Part shown: piece by piece, positions 1-13,385 of the stretch
Position numbering within the stretch: position 1 is the first letter of the stretch
Layout of the letters: each line of letters starts with the position of its first letter
Assembly (NCBI GenBank): GCA_000320545.1
Contig: ADNK01002741.1
Coordinates: 7,486 to 71,485 of the forward strand
DNA length: 64,000 nucleotides
Origin: Bigelowiella natans CCMP2755
Taxonomy: Eukaryota > Protista > Cercozoa
Reading direction: 5' to 3'
Notes under the pieces: generated by a model
Told to the model about the DNA's origin: nothing
Database searches by the model: none
Seen by the model: the letters and a program-made list of their open reading frames with translations, nothing else
Made by a program: the position numbers and the translations under genes

Positions 1-500
1 GGATAGAGAGGGTAAAAACTGCAACGAAAGGTCCAAAGGAAGAGGCAGTACACCAAAATTAGAATGAGCATTGCCACGCGTTGAAAGAATGTGTTAAATC
101 GATTAATCAACGCACTTTCTTTGAGAGATCAGGTGAGATGCGAGACGTGTTAATCTATTTGACTTTTCCCCAGGCCCACGCCTAAAGAAAACACATTTTA
201 AGTCAATCAACATACAGGTGGGGGGCAATAGGATGAGACATCGAACGGAAGAACTCCCATCCTTATTTCAATGTTTAACATGACGACCGGCTGATCTCTT
301 GTTTGCTCATATGCTTGATGACATCCACGTTTGATATTCTAAAACGTAGGGGAACCCAAGTATCCAACCAACAACATGTGAGTCAGACCATACTTTTCCC
401 GTTATCAGTCGATCAGTCGTTCAGTCGCAATGCAGAGGGGAAATGCCCGAACGAGATTGACGAATATGTATGGCGCCGTAATCGAGCTGGTATAGACCAC

Positions 501-554
<54 letters not shown>

Positions 555-3401
555 CAATATGTATACCCGATCGTAATGTCATTCACTTTGAACATGGCAG
601 GGTTGGGAAGAAAATCGATGTTCTGTCAAACATTAGAACGAGGAGATTTATTACTTCGAGCAAGGATAGTATGCCATTCAAACAGGTGATGTATGTGTGT
701 GTGTTTCTTCTCTCAGTTTATTGAGTCAATACATGTGCTTCCAAGGTAGGGTTCGGGGGCTGCGGGTACACAACGTGCTCATGTGCATCTAGAGAATACG
801 GTAGAGAACAAACGTATTAGAGCTGCTGCAATTCGGCGGGGGCGGGGCGATGCAAATGAAAGGAAGATATACGCACATACGGAAAGTGTTGCACGCACCA
901 TTTGGACTTGGGATAATGAGTGCGTGAGTTGTCGAGCCTCGAAGTTTGTGTGCCACGGTGTTTATCACCGCCTATATATGAATACATTGGAATCAGCTAC
1001 GAGGAAATCGATGATGCGGGCATAACAGCAGTGCACCTTGTACTGATCTTCGTAAGTTTGGCGCATCTCTCCAAGGAACACCTTCCTGTGTAGTGAAGGT
1101 ACGAATGGCCCCGCCTACAATGTGTGTTGAACGCACGATAATGTATGTGTATCAAGCATGTTTTAGTTTTATGCTTCGCAACTTTTGATGGATCTCGTAT
1201 CATGCAATGTTATATGTGCTTGGACGCGATTTATTACCATGATGAGCACATCGGGTCTTCTTTGCTCGACGGCGTCCATCAACGCAGTCAACGGCCAGTA
1301 ACGCAAGTTGTCGCTAGTGGTGAAAGGCCCTGCCGAACGAGTATAGAAAGATTGGAAATGTTCCGTCAGGCTTCGTTGAAATACAACGCGTCTGACATGA
1401 GACAACTCACCGACTGCAACCATGACCGAAGTGGGTCTTGTCTGTAAGCTCTTCTTCTCTTGCAAGAACTTTTGCAGCGGATACTTTGGAGATGGAGAGA
1501 ACGAAGGCTGCGCGCACAAATTATTGATGTAAGTTATGTTTTGCGGCGTAGTTACTGCGTTGTTACTTTTTTAAGGCCACTCACCACGAACACTCTTTTT
1601 GCAATGAAGCAATGGCCAGATGGGTTTATCCCCTCAAAGGCGACCACCTACGATTACAAGATATTCATAAACTCTTCAGTGATTCTTTGAGGTCGCGCTG
1701 ATTTTTCCACGCACCTGTCCAGGGAACAGGGCGTAGGACTGTAGCTGCGACACATCGAGTTTGATATGATTTCCAGCCGAGATAACCTTGAATATGCACG
1801 GTATGATGAGATACTTTTTTCGCATTTCAATCCAGCCGGCGTGCAGCAATGATGCATGCCAGTTTATATTACCCGATCCCCTTCCAAAATGAGCGACTTG
1901 GAGTTGAGGGAACCTGGTAAAAGAGCCATGTTTGAGTTGTTCTTATAAATCTGATCGCAAGATAGCGCTTACCTTCCGTGGCTTCGTTAATTATGCGTCC
2001 ACAAATGAACGACGTTTTCTTTCGATATTAAAGAAAATTGTAAGATATAGTTTATTTTCGCATCGTTTGAGAGGATGAATTTGGTGTAGCAAAATTAAAC
2101 CTGCGCTGGGAAGTTCACTGGCGAGAACTCAAAATCCTCCAAATCCTTATACTCCGGAAGCAATGCGATCTGTTCTTCTAGTTTCCGCATCAGGAACGCA
2201 GTCATGGCGTTAAGGTCTAACAAAAACATTTAGATGGACAGCTTCATCACAACTTATACAATTTGAGATTTAGACATGGACATGTGGAATCGCTTCTTGT
2301 ATGGTTTATTGCAGCAAAGCTTACTTTCGCTGACTTCCTCCATCTCCATGAACATATATCGGAATTTCTCGTTTTTGGATGACAATTTCCAACTCTCTAG
2401 AAGATCAATAGACACGCTTACAGTCTGCTTCACTCCGTTTGTGGCCGGGACAAGAGATGAATTGTAGGTAACGACGGTTTTGCCAGGATCTTTACGATTT
2501 TGCCAGGATGACGAGGGCGGCGACGCGAGTATGCTAATTAAATTAAGGGTAAGCTTGTGCAATGGGGTCACACTTTTTTAGAAATACCCCGGTGATTCGA
2601 AAGATGGTCCATAAACTTTCCTCCTCTTATTGTTTTCTTTGATAGGAGTGAGGTAGCTATCCTCAGGTTCCGCCTGCACAAACATTTCCCTAAACATCTT
2701 CGTTTGAATAATTGCATCTACCACCAGCATACCTTGACGCTTAATGCTTGTGACAGAGCGTCCATCTTAGCGAGGCCTTCTACATCCATGAAATTTTGTG
2801 GCGCTGTTGGCTTTCTCATAGGCGTCTTTGAGGTCGACATTTTCTTGCGACCATACTTTCTCTGGCGTGCCTCAAACTTTTCTCGAGCTTTACGTTCAAT
2901 TGCTTCGAGATCCTTGAAAGATAAGACCATACCACCTCCTGCCCCAGCACTCATTTTCTTTGTCACCATTTCCGCCTCACATTTGATTACGAACGAGTCG
3001 GCAGATAACTCGTATTTATTGCAAATATCCACACCTACGGCGAAGAAGAATTCTTTCATAATTGGACTATTCGACGGCATAATTTTAAAAAGACAGCAAT
3101 ACATCTCTCCATCAGATACTATCTAACTCTATTGGGTCCGCATAGCCGGGACAATATATATCCTCAAGCTCGGAGAAACCACAAGCATTTTTACATCATT
3201 TGGAGAATTTAAGAACTTAAAGGCCGATATGTTACTTCATTTTTCTAATTTCACACTGAGACCTTAGCTCCGGGTGTGAAAGAATGAAAACGATGGAAAA
3301 TAAGAGGGGGGGTGCTTACATCGGCTAGCGATCTTTCTATCAGGCTCGGGAAGGTCGTATGCCTCGAAGGCCTCGAAGATGTCACCCACGTTGGCGCTCA
3401 T
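1..3401 (-). CDS. POLA2: DNA polymerase alpha subunit B (multi-exon, 3' end runs off the left edge)
   Basis: Spliced minus-strand exons read MSANVGDIFEAFEAYDLPEPDRKIASR / ICNKYELSADSFVIKCEA / KFRYMFMEMEE / GRIINEATEG-SLNSKSLILEGDR / IKLDVSQLQSYALFPGQ-VVAFEGINPSG / VMVAV-GPFTTSDNLRYWPL..RPDVLIM-AGPF / HVVYPQPP / FLPNPAMFKVNDITIG / NRLTRLASHLISQR-FYPLYP. These match the conserved POLA2/Pol12 motifs in order. Confidence 0.95.
501..550. repeat. (TG)n(AG)n compound microsatellite in a POLA2 intron
   Basis: Directly visible tandem repeat. Confidence 0.95.
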
Positions 3402-3877
3402 TCTTGTGAAGTCTTGCACCGACTGCTCGAGTAGCAACAAATCAACAGCAAAGATTGTCAAATTGAATGGTAAAATAAATTTGCGTCAAGATATTGAACG
3501 TGATTCTTTCAAAATAGGACGGTATTTCTTAATTTTTTTTGTCAAGATCCTCTTCAGATACAGACGCGATTCGCGCCGTCCACATGAAAATATCTCGAAT
3601 GCAGGGCAATAAGATAGTATTATTTTGGGAAACGTTGTCGTAAGATGATGTGTAACGTCGTACCCCAAAAAATCATCATTGACCATCCCACAATTGCGCG
3701 AAGCTCTTCTGATTTAGAGGGAACGCGGCAAAATTTCTGGGAGAACCTTCACTGTAAAGAGCGACAACGCAAATTTGAAGTCGTTCATCATAAATATCAC
3801 CTATTATTACGAAATGTCATTATTTAATTTGCTTCTTCAGATTTGAATTACAGATTTGAACAGCGAACAGCAGAACA
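3402..3877. promoter_or_regulatory. Probable bidirectional promoter between POLA2 and the 2OG oxygenase
   Basis: A 476-bp AT-rich, microsatellite-free gap lies between two divergent ATGs. It has TTTGAA at 3774, 3842 and 3855 (+) and at 3508-3513 (-), and TTCGCGC at 3570. Confidence 0.55.
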
Positions 3878-4260
3878 ATGGCGGGCCTCAGGCCACGTGC
3901 CCTCATCGGCGTGCCACTGACGCTGTGGACGTTCTTCGTTTCCTTCGATGGGGTAGTTGTAGGCAGTGACTTGGTACAGAGCAATCAGCTACCTATCACA
4001 GGTATTATTATTTAGAAGAGGGGAGAGGAGACAGCACCGTTTATTGTATATCAACGGAGGCACACAGCATTCGCTTTGATTCGGAGAAAATAATACCATT
4101 ATTAGATACACGGCATTGAATATATCTCTTTGAGCAACAATTCCCAATTCTTTGTAGAAATACCTGTGGTTGACATGGGATCTAAATTGGATCGGGCAGC
4201 ATCTGTTCGGGAAGGTCATTTCGCTCAATTCCCTGCTGTATGTTGCAGAGCTTCTCAATG

Positions 4261-4306
<46 letters not shown>

Positions 4307-5416
4307 ACATGTGTACACATATGTAGTACACATATTATCTTCCGTCCCAATGCACTATGCCCACGGTGGCTAGACTAGCATGGTTCGAAAAAACAATGAA
4401 TCCAAGGCTAGTTTTTCGCAGAACAAATGATTGTTTGAAAATTGACAGCGTGTTTACACACCGGATTCTTCTACATCAAGAACCACGGCGTCAACAACGA
4501 GACGGTAGTGACATATGGCCCATTCCCACGCAGGCGGGATCATTGGATGAAACTGCGAATTCCTTGTACGAAAACGGTTAGGTCGAAAAGGCATTCGCGC
4601 AGGTGCACGCCCTCTTCGCCCTTCCTTTGGAAGAAAAACTTAAAATGCTGCAGAATGAGCATAATCGAGGCTATACCAGAGAGAAGGTATTCTCGTCCTA
4701 TTTATTCGAAGGGGAAAAGTATAAATGTTGTTTTACAGAAAGGACACTTTTAGTGTCGTAGGGCAAAGCTTATCGTTATTTTTCTTGAGAGAGGCGCTCG
4801 GCATATCGTTTTCATTTAGTTTCATTCAGATTTGTTCGTCGCGCACTATCGTCGCGCACTACTGACCCTCCTTCACCATCTCTAGGAAGAGCTTTTGGAC
4901 CCCGGCACCCAAAGAGAAGGCGACTTCAAGGAGGGGTTCTATATTGGAGTTGAGGTAGTGTGTCTCACTGAAATCAGCAATTGAATGCACAACATCGCGC
5001 AGACCTCATTATTAAAAAAACTGCAATGAACATCATCCCACAGAACGAACCTGTGGCGGTTTCCCTCCGCTGCATGCATTGCCTTGCCTTTTGAGAACGC
5101 ATACGAGCTTGCGCAATGTAACGTATTGTCTTTGACTGCAATCGTTTCTAAGGCCGAAGTCGACAGTGAATTGGCAAAGGCTTTTCCTCTCTTCGGCCCC
5201 AACCAGTATCGTCTCTGATGCCAAACACAAAAGATGATATCTTGACCCTAATAACGCTTTATAATCCGGAATTTATAGCCACAACTTCATGTTATTGTTG
5301 TGCGTCATCGACGTGTTTCTAAGGTGGCCAGATGAGCCCAGGGTATTGCCTGGTTTTCGGGAGGAAATGACGGTGAGTGAAGATGACGTGATACGAATAC
5401 ATTAGCGGCATCATCA

Positions 5417-5457
<41 letters not shown>

Positions 5458-5485
5458 ATTTGTAGAGAGAGAGAGACAGAGAGAG

Positions 5486-5529
<44 letters not shown>

Positions 5530-6287
5530 AGATTTATAAATTAATGTGTGCTTTTTCGTAACTATAATATTAGGAGTACTTCGACTCGTTAGTGTCTCTT
5601 GGGCGGCGTGTAAGTGAAATGCTGGCGGAATCGCTTCTTCTGCCCTCGTAATAATACCAGCCAGTAGAAGCAGCCGTCTTAACCATGAGCATTGCACCGT
5701 CCAATGGGAGGGCTCATAATGAGCATGTCCTCGTAACTATTCAACCTGTTTCGTTGCGAGGTTGATGGCGGTAACAACGATAAGCTGATATTTGTCTCTC
5801 TATTACTCCGTTCCCCCCCCCCCCCCCCGCCTCTCCCCTCTATCGACAAACAGCGACTACTTTCTGCAGCATCTAACCCGTCCTCTCGCCATCTTGAGGC
5901 TGCTGAGGTGCGCAGATTCGAGGATGATGTATCATCTGTGCGTTTGGAACAAGTGTTGTTAGGAGCCGCCGCCTTCCATTACCATTCTGCGAGATCATAC
6001 GTCTTGACTACTATATCTATCCACGATTGTGCTATTAAGGTACATGCCGGAGGTTTCAGACGTGGAAAACGGGAAGTTCGGCGCGGGGGCGCACAGCGAT
6101 TATGGTCTGATCACCATTCTAGCAACGGTACTTGTCGTAAGCCGTAGCTTTAGCCAGTCTCCCCTTCAACGCACCGATGATGTGGAGTCATGTGGAAATC
6201 GGTCTCTTTGTGTGTGTGTGCGTGCGTGCGCATTTGCCGCCTCTTCGTAGGACGGGACACCCGGCTTGCAGGTCGAAGTCGCGCCGG

Positions 6288-6324
<37 letters not shown>

Positions 6325-7358
6325 CAAACATTAATGTATTATTTCGGGCGTAGTGAGACTTCCTGTTCTGGCCGCCGTGAGTAGCATCGATTTAGCTCCT
6401 TTGCTTTACTAAAATACAGACACTTGGATCGATGTTCCGCACATAGAAAACACGTTCGTGGTACGATGCGATTCATGCCCAAACAAAAATGACAGTTGAA
6501 GAAACGTTTCGGACGGCCCTTGCTGCACGCGCCAATATCTATTACCTTCGCCTTCATAGTCGAAAAAACAATTTATTGTGATCGGCCAAGATCTCGATGT
6601 GTAATATTCTTCAAGGTAAATCTCGGCGATATGCTGGCAAGATGGACGAATGGAAACTACAGGTGTTTGCAGCAGCAGCAGCAACAACAACAACAACAAT
6701 AACAGTAGTGTATCTCTTGATTTGCGTTGCTACAAGGAAGTCATCGTGCGTGTGTGCATATGATGGCCGTTCTGTGCAGGTCAACAAGGCATCGGGTTGT
6801 CCTCAAAAAGGTACCCTACTCACCCTAAATATGATGGGTTTTTGCTCCTGCGACACGACAAAAATAAGGAATCATACGGCTGTTTCGTGCATCGTTTGAC
6901 ATTTGGTAGTTTTGACTATCATGCTGCACATTGTGAGGAAGCATATTGTTTTTGTTGCAATCACGGCATGATAGGCTGAGCTCCGCCACTCGATGCCGTT
7001 TTTCTTCGAGCCCAACCACGACACGCTTGTCGAGTGCATTCCGTCCATATGCGGCAGCGGTGGTAGCTACGATCATCAAAGCGACCAAACCACCAGCCAC
7101 ACTCACAATGATGAAAACGCTCCGAACGACGAGAATGTCTGCGAAATGACCGGGGAGGAGGATCTTAATAATGGGAAAGCAGCAGGGGGACGGGTAGCGT
7201 CGGCCGATAGCAGCTACCCGCACAGGAGATCCAAGCTGCTGGTCTTCCCAGGAAATCCTGATAATCGGCCACAGAAGCCAAAATTCCCCCCAACGCTAAG
7301 CGGGAGGTATCTGATGGACAAATACCACCAAACTCATGAGGACTTTGCGAGTTCTTAA
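3878..7358 (+). CDS. 2-oxoglutarate/Fe(II)-dependent dioxygenase, IPNS/DIOX_N family, with hydrophobic N-terminal leader
   Basis: Exons read EIPVVDMG..REACLHTGFFYIKNHGV / FALPLEEK..NRGY / GDFKEGFYIG / GPNQ-WP / LRLLR-YMP..GAGAHSDYGLITILAT-DGTPGLQV / WIDVP..[25 protein letters not shown] / RHSMPFFFEPNHD. The HxD..H iron triad and the RxS 2OG-binding motif are intact. Confidence 0.93.
5419..5524. repeat. (TG)n plus (GA)n intronic microsatellites
   Basis: Directly visible, and representative of dozens of similar intronic SSRs in the window. Confidence 0.95.
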
Positions 7359-8857
7359 TTAATCTTTGCATCGATCGTCATCACTATCACCCATGATGAT
7401 TTTTTGGTGCACGAGCACTTAGTCGCAATTTGCGCGCGCTCATCGCTGTCGGACCTTTCTCGACGCGTGCACAGAGTGCACCAGTGTGTCAGTAGCTAGT
7501 TGCTGATGATTGCCAACATGTGCGCATGGCTGTAATAAGTGCGTTGTCCATGATCAACAATCTGCAAGGACACTAGCTCATGTACGTACCATGCCGAATG
7601 CTGTCGCATATGCTGTGGTGCCCGTACTTTATGCCTTCAAGTACCACGATTTGTACCACAAGGGCCCTTTACATGCCAAAGCATCCTCGGTGCGCGCCTA
7701 GACACACACATGGCGGCAGATATCACTAGATCACACATGTCTAGGTTTTAATTTCTTTGCTACGTACGCGTATAGGGACTTAAAGTCCATATATACGCTT
7801 CACGCAATGTACGGCTGACGAACCTGCATGTGCACACCGTCAATGTTACCACTAGAGCATGCATGCAGGTAGGTGAATGGCAGCAGGACGCAAATTATAG
7901 ACACGTAATATCATATATATACTATATATGCAAAGTGCGCCATTGTTTGTGGAACATGGTGCTATACATCGCGTAGTCATTTCGTAGTGAATTATACATG
8001 CTGTTTTTTGTGAGGTAATAATTGGGTGACGGTGTCATTGTGCTGCCACACGGTGCGCGGTGCGCACACTTCTAGACTTGCGCTGCCATGCTAGCATGCA
8101 AGACTGTTGCTACGTTACTACATGCAATGGACAACCTAATGGGAAACATTACACACACGCACGTATGTGTGCGCACACTGTATCACTATATGTCTGTATA
8201 ATTATCAGCCTTGAGCATATAAGTGTATGCAATGCTACATGTGAGCGACTGCAATAAAACAAAGCGATGCGATGTGCACGACGCAAATGAAGTGCGGACA
8301 GCATATGACATGTGTATAAGTGTTTCCTTCACATTCCGGGATCGCGTTGTAATCACAGCAAGCCTTGTTTCAAAACTGCGCACCGGCACAGTAGCACACT
8401 GGTTGAAGTTAGCATATTCGCACATGTAATTGTAATGAAATTGCATGCAATCTAGCAATGCGCATTGTTCGGCGCGGCGCGCAATGCTAGAATGCTTTAT
8501 TAACACATCCAATTTATTATTTTGGGTTGCATAATTTTTTGGGGGAACTTCTGAGACCAAAACCAAGCCAAGAAAATTCGCAGGCGCTGGCTCAACGAGC
8601 GCGAAATCGAATCACCCTGTAGACTAAATGCGTCTGGTGCTCCTGAAGCCCAAACGCCTTCGGAGTACCATATTGTTGTGCACACCTGGATCTATTTGGA
8701 CGTCCATTTAAGCTGCAAAAATGCAGTTTTTGTGGAAACTAGATTCATATGATTCTTATGCTGCCCCATTAGCTTCGAGCTCCAAAATGGGTTGTTGTGA
8801 CCACCGTCATAGTTGATGCAAAGCAATCACTTGTGGTCGACATCCAATGGAAGTAGA

Positions 8858-9367
8858 TCATCGATTGTAAAGAACAATTGAAGCTACAACTGCCGCAACG
8901 CCTCCTAAACGACAAACAAACGGCTGCTCATTTTCGGCAAGAAAGCAGTATGCATGAAAATGAATTGCTGAATTATCACGTCATGGATATCGTCATTCAC
9001 ACATTCTGGCAGTGCTAGTGTACAACGTTAATATCTGACAACAACCTGCAAATACTGGTGATGGTGGGCGCCCTGCCATGGCCGCATTTGCGACACACGT
9101 CAATACGATAGAACTCGGTTTTGCATATGAATACCTACAGCACACCATAATCAGATATCTGATTTGTAGGATAACTGCTGATCCAAGTTAGGAAAAATGA
9201 TGCGGGAATCTTCTGAATGAAGCTATAATGGTATGACGTTCTTCTACTCGACCACAATGCAAGGAAAAAAAAATAATTACAGGATGTTGTCTGTGTATTT
9301 TAGCGTGAGAGGAATTAGCACTCCATTCAGAGCCTTTAGTGCTACTATCTGTGAGAGAAAAGAGTAG

Positions 9368-9404
<37 letters not shown>

Positions 9405-9497
9405 ACACACACACACACACACATAAGCACACACATAAACACACACACACGCACACACACGAATACACACAGGTACGCACACACAAACACATTCCCA

Positions 9498-9538
<41 letters not shown>

Positions 9539-10288
9539 ACACACTTCGTGCTTACCAGCCACACCCACGGTGTTAGAGAGGTGACAGACGATATCATCGA
9601 AGCTACTGGTGGCAACCCACCCCCTTGGAAAACGTAAAAACCGCAAATTCAGTGGATTTTCTACTAAGATTTATGCAACGATATCTACAAATCGCACTGA
9701 CGATTTTCAAGGGACGAAGACAGATACATTATCTTGCAGCATGGATGTGTCAATCATCGTGGCTACACTACTGCTGGCTGTGCCCACCACTTTCAACTGA
9801 TAGCGCTACTACAGCAATTATGACGAACTCTAGTATTGATATACCTATTACAAAAGCTTTGCCAATCATGGTCAGCAGAACCCAGAAGAAAATCCACCTA
9901 TTCAAAACCAGTAGAAGCCCAACTGATATAGGAACTTATCGGAGTGATTTCCCTCTCCAACTACTCGCGAAACACGCTGGTTTTGCTGACTGCACTCTCG
10001 ATATTATCGAACAATGTTGTTGGGCTGATACCATGTGATTTGCAGGTTCTGCCTCCACATGTCAGCTTTCGGCAGCTTCAGGATCTTCTCATAGTACACG
10101 TTTGGCAGCGCGGACAGAAGACTAATTAGCACCAAAACGTAGCAAACTAAAGCCGGCAACAATGGAATGAAATCTCAGATTCGCTGTTAGGCTCATAAGC
10201 TGTAGATTGCCGCATTTGACCTCGACACTATCACGAAGAATCCACCCAGCAACGCATTGCCACCCGCAGCGGCAACACTCGTCATTTC

Positions 10289-10326
<38 letters not shown>

Positions 10327-11954
10327 CGACAGACACAAATACACACGTAAATCCACCCTTGAGTTAGGTTCCTTACTTACTCATATATAGCTCTCTGGCC
10401 TCCATCTCTCCCTCCTCCTCCTCCTCCTCCTCCTCCCCTCTCTCCTTTCGTGTTTGTTATTGATCCTTTACAACACCTGCGACTGCACCACGATCATCCC
10501 AACAATCAACAAGCCCAAGGCGCTGAGGTGCATTTATCACGGTGGCGGTTACGATAACGATTATGTCAGACGGGGTAGCTTCGTCTCCCCGACGCTATAA
10601 GTACTCAATATCCCTCGGGGGATGTGCGTAAGCGTGTATGGACGCACATGTGAGAGGGGAAACTATTACATGCACAAAGTAGCATTCTACACCTCCATTG
10701 CGTTGCAGAAAGGCGGCGCCCAAGAATTGTGACCATAAATATCGCAGTGAACACCGTCTTGGTTTGACTCAAAGCCTAAAAACGAAAAACCACGCAGCAT
10801 GCATGAACGAGAGGTATTTGATGATAACCTCACGCCGCTCCGCCGGCTTGCTATCTAGACATGTAACCTCAGCGGGCATTTTGAACGGTGTTTTCTAGCA
10901 CTAATATAAACTTAGAAAGTGCAAACGATGCTCGGAAAACACGGTAGGAGAGAGGAAGCAATATCGACGCATTAGCGATGATGACACCTGATAAGCTACG
11001 GCAGAAAGATTCGACAGCGCGTTGAAATATAGCAGGTTTTGAATGCCATACAGCAATGAAATCCACATCAACGCCGTCGCGGGGTCCTTCAGCGATCCTC
11101 TTCAAGCAAGGAGGAGAAGACACGTTCAGACAACATGAAAAGTCAAACGTAATTATTGAATCAATTTGCATTGGATCGGTGAAAATGATTCATCCAAAGT
11201 TCCTTTATGCTTTATCCCATTATTGTGTTTCAATCCGATAGCAGGGGGGGAGGAGGGGAGATTCGAAGAAACGGATGGCAGGATTGATGAAATACATGTT
11301 GTTAGTTGTAGATAGGACTATCATTAATAAGCCGGTAGTAGCAAGATTTATAGCAGGGGACGGAGCTTTGTACTAGAGAAAAATGCCGTGGAGGTACACC
11401 AAAGAGAGTGTACTAATGCCTACTTTCAAACTTCAGACATTACCTATTTGAGAAGACAGATTTTATGTCCTTCCCAGCTCCCTTGAAGGAGGGAACCACC
11501 CTATCTGCCCCTCCCCCGAACGCGCTTATAGAAAACACTAATAGCGGCAGCTTCATCACCTAAGGCGGGGAAAAAGAGGAAGTTGGGGGAAGAGAGGCAA
11601 ATTTAAACAGAAAGCCATCCGAGGTTTTTCATGTTGTCTATCATTACTCTATTTGAAGACTTGCGAATAGGAATGTAACATCCTATCGCATAGTGACCAT
11701 CGCTATCTTATCTGATATGATTATAGCTCACCACCAGCTATCAGTACCCGCCTCTCAGTACCTCTGCCAGCAAAGACACAGCTCCCTCGGAATATCTGAT
11801 AAAAGGTCAACGCCGCCAAAGTAGCAAAGTGCAAATGGCAGACTGTTATCGAAAGATAGTTGCAATAATGTTGTTTGATGTAAAGTACTTGTTGAGTTTA
11901 TGAGCAACAGCAACAATAAACGTGGATGCTTGTACGACTCCTCGTTATTACCAA

Positions 11955-11989
<35 letters not shown>

Positions 11990-12617
11990 GTACTTAATAA
12001 TTACTACTTAATACTGCCACTACGTTCAATTACGGTTGTCCTTGCTTCCTTGTAATATCAGTGATTTGATCAACCAGAGTCTTGTGTAGGACAAGTGCGA
12101 ATAATATAACCCATTTCCGCCACTTGGGCGCGGGCCGCGCCTCCAAGGTAGCAATATCTCCAGATGCTGCTGTCGATCCTGGTGTCGTCATTAAACGACG
12201 GCGTGGTGCCGGCCGGTTGCTGAATGAGACACGGCGGATCGTTGAATGACTACTCAGATGACTAGCAACAGCTTGTGCAGCAGACTGGTGGTGTCGATTT
12301 GTAGAATGCTGGCCGAGGGTATCATCCATGTTTGTTTTAAATGCTCCTGCGATGAAGGACTGCGACGGCATATGGCGCCCATGGTTCTGCCTCAACGTCA
12401 AAAATGAAGGCGAAGAAGATTTAAGTGCCCGTAAGGTAGCGATGCCTTTGAGAGGCGAGGGGTGTGGTGAGTAGAAGAACGACGAGGGCGACGAGGCTGT
12501 GAGCTGAGCATTGCTACTGCCTGCCGTTAGCCCTATGAAAAGTAAAATTGAAGAAGTAGCTGGCACATTTCTGCCACTAAGACAGCCCTTACCACTACCC
12601 TCCACTTTGCCAACCAT
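8858..12617 (-). CDS. Nucleotide-sugar transporter (SLC35A / CMP-sialic acid-UDP-galactose type) with long N-terminal extension
   Basis: Exons read [13 protein letters not shown].. / [18 protein letters not shown] / [34 protein letters not shown] / [22 protein letters not shown] / [30 protein letters not shown] / [10 protein letters not shown]. These correspond to the SLC35A motifs (E..K, YQ..Q.K..TA, VYFEKILK, W.RN.QL, KYADNILK). Confidence 0.88.
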
Positions 12618-13385
12618 TATCAGGTCGGTGAGCAAATAACTTGTGAGGTAATTCACAGGAAAACAAGGGGGGGGGCCACTGTGCAGGTCAGAGTTTGTTG
12701 TGGATATGAACTGGGATTCCCGAGTATTTTGTCACCGCGACAAAGTCAAAACGGCCCCATCCGCAGCCATGTCAAACCAATCAAATACATACCTACGACA
12801 ACGTAAAATCCATCCGGTTTCGACCTCTCGGCAGCCCTCTGACGATTAAATTTTCCAGAATTTGACCAAAGCCTTTCTTGTGCCATCTCATTGGGGCATC
12901 GCAGATCGAGACATGACAATGTTGGGTTCTAAGTTTACGAATACCGCCGTTCGAAAATTGAGCATGGTGCATCCTTGCTTTTTTTTTCCACATTTCTCCG
13001 ACCCCCCTTCGGGAAATGACGGACCGTTGGGGTTTAGATCCTGCGACAGAGAGCCTTCAGATTCTCGGGAAAACATCATCGGCAGAAGAATGCGCCCGGA
13101 TGCCAAAAAATCCCTGAAAATGTTTTGTGTGACAAGGAAAAGATGATGACGCAGAGTTTAATTTGCTTATTGGGTATCTTATCATAACATTTCTCATCTG
13201 GAAGCTTGTGCCGTTGATCGGTGGCACGTTAACAAGAGCCTGCTTCAAGCCCTGGTGTGCAATCCCCCCCTGCCGCATCCCGGCTATAAGTTCGCATTTT
13301 ATCATGTGTGCACGTCTAGTTTTTAGCTTCTTACGATTGTGTGCTCTTTTATTTAGGCAATTGGCCAATTCATTAAGCAAAGTAA

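Noticed and set aside
4002-4112. Open frame ending IIPLLDT that resembles the DIOX_N IPVID motif
   Set aside because: It lies in intron 1. The in-phase exon IPVVDMG at about 4158 splices correctly to both neighbours.
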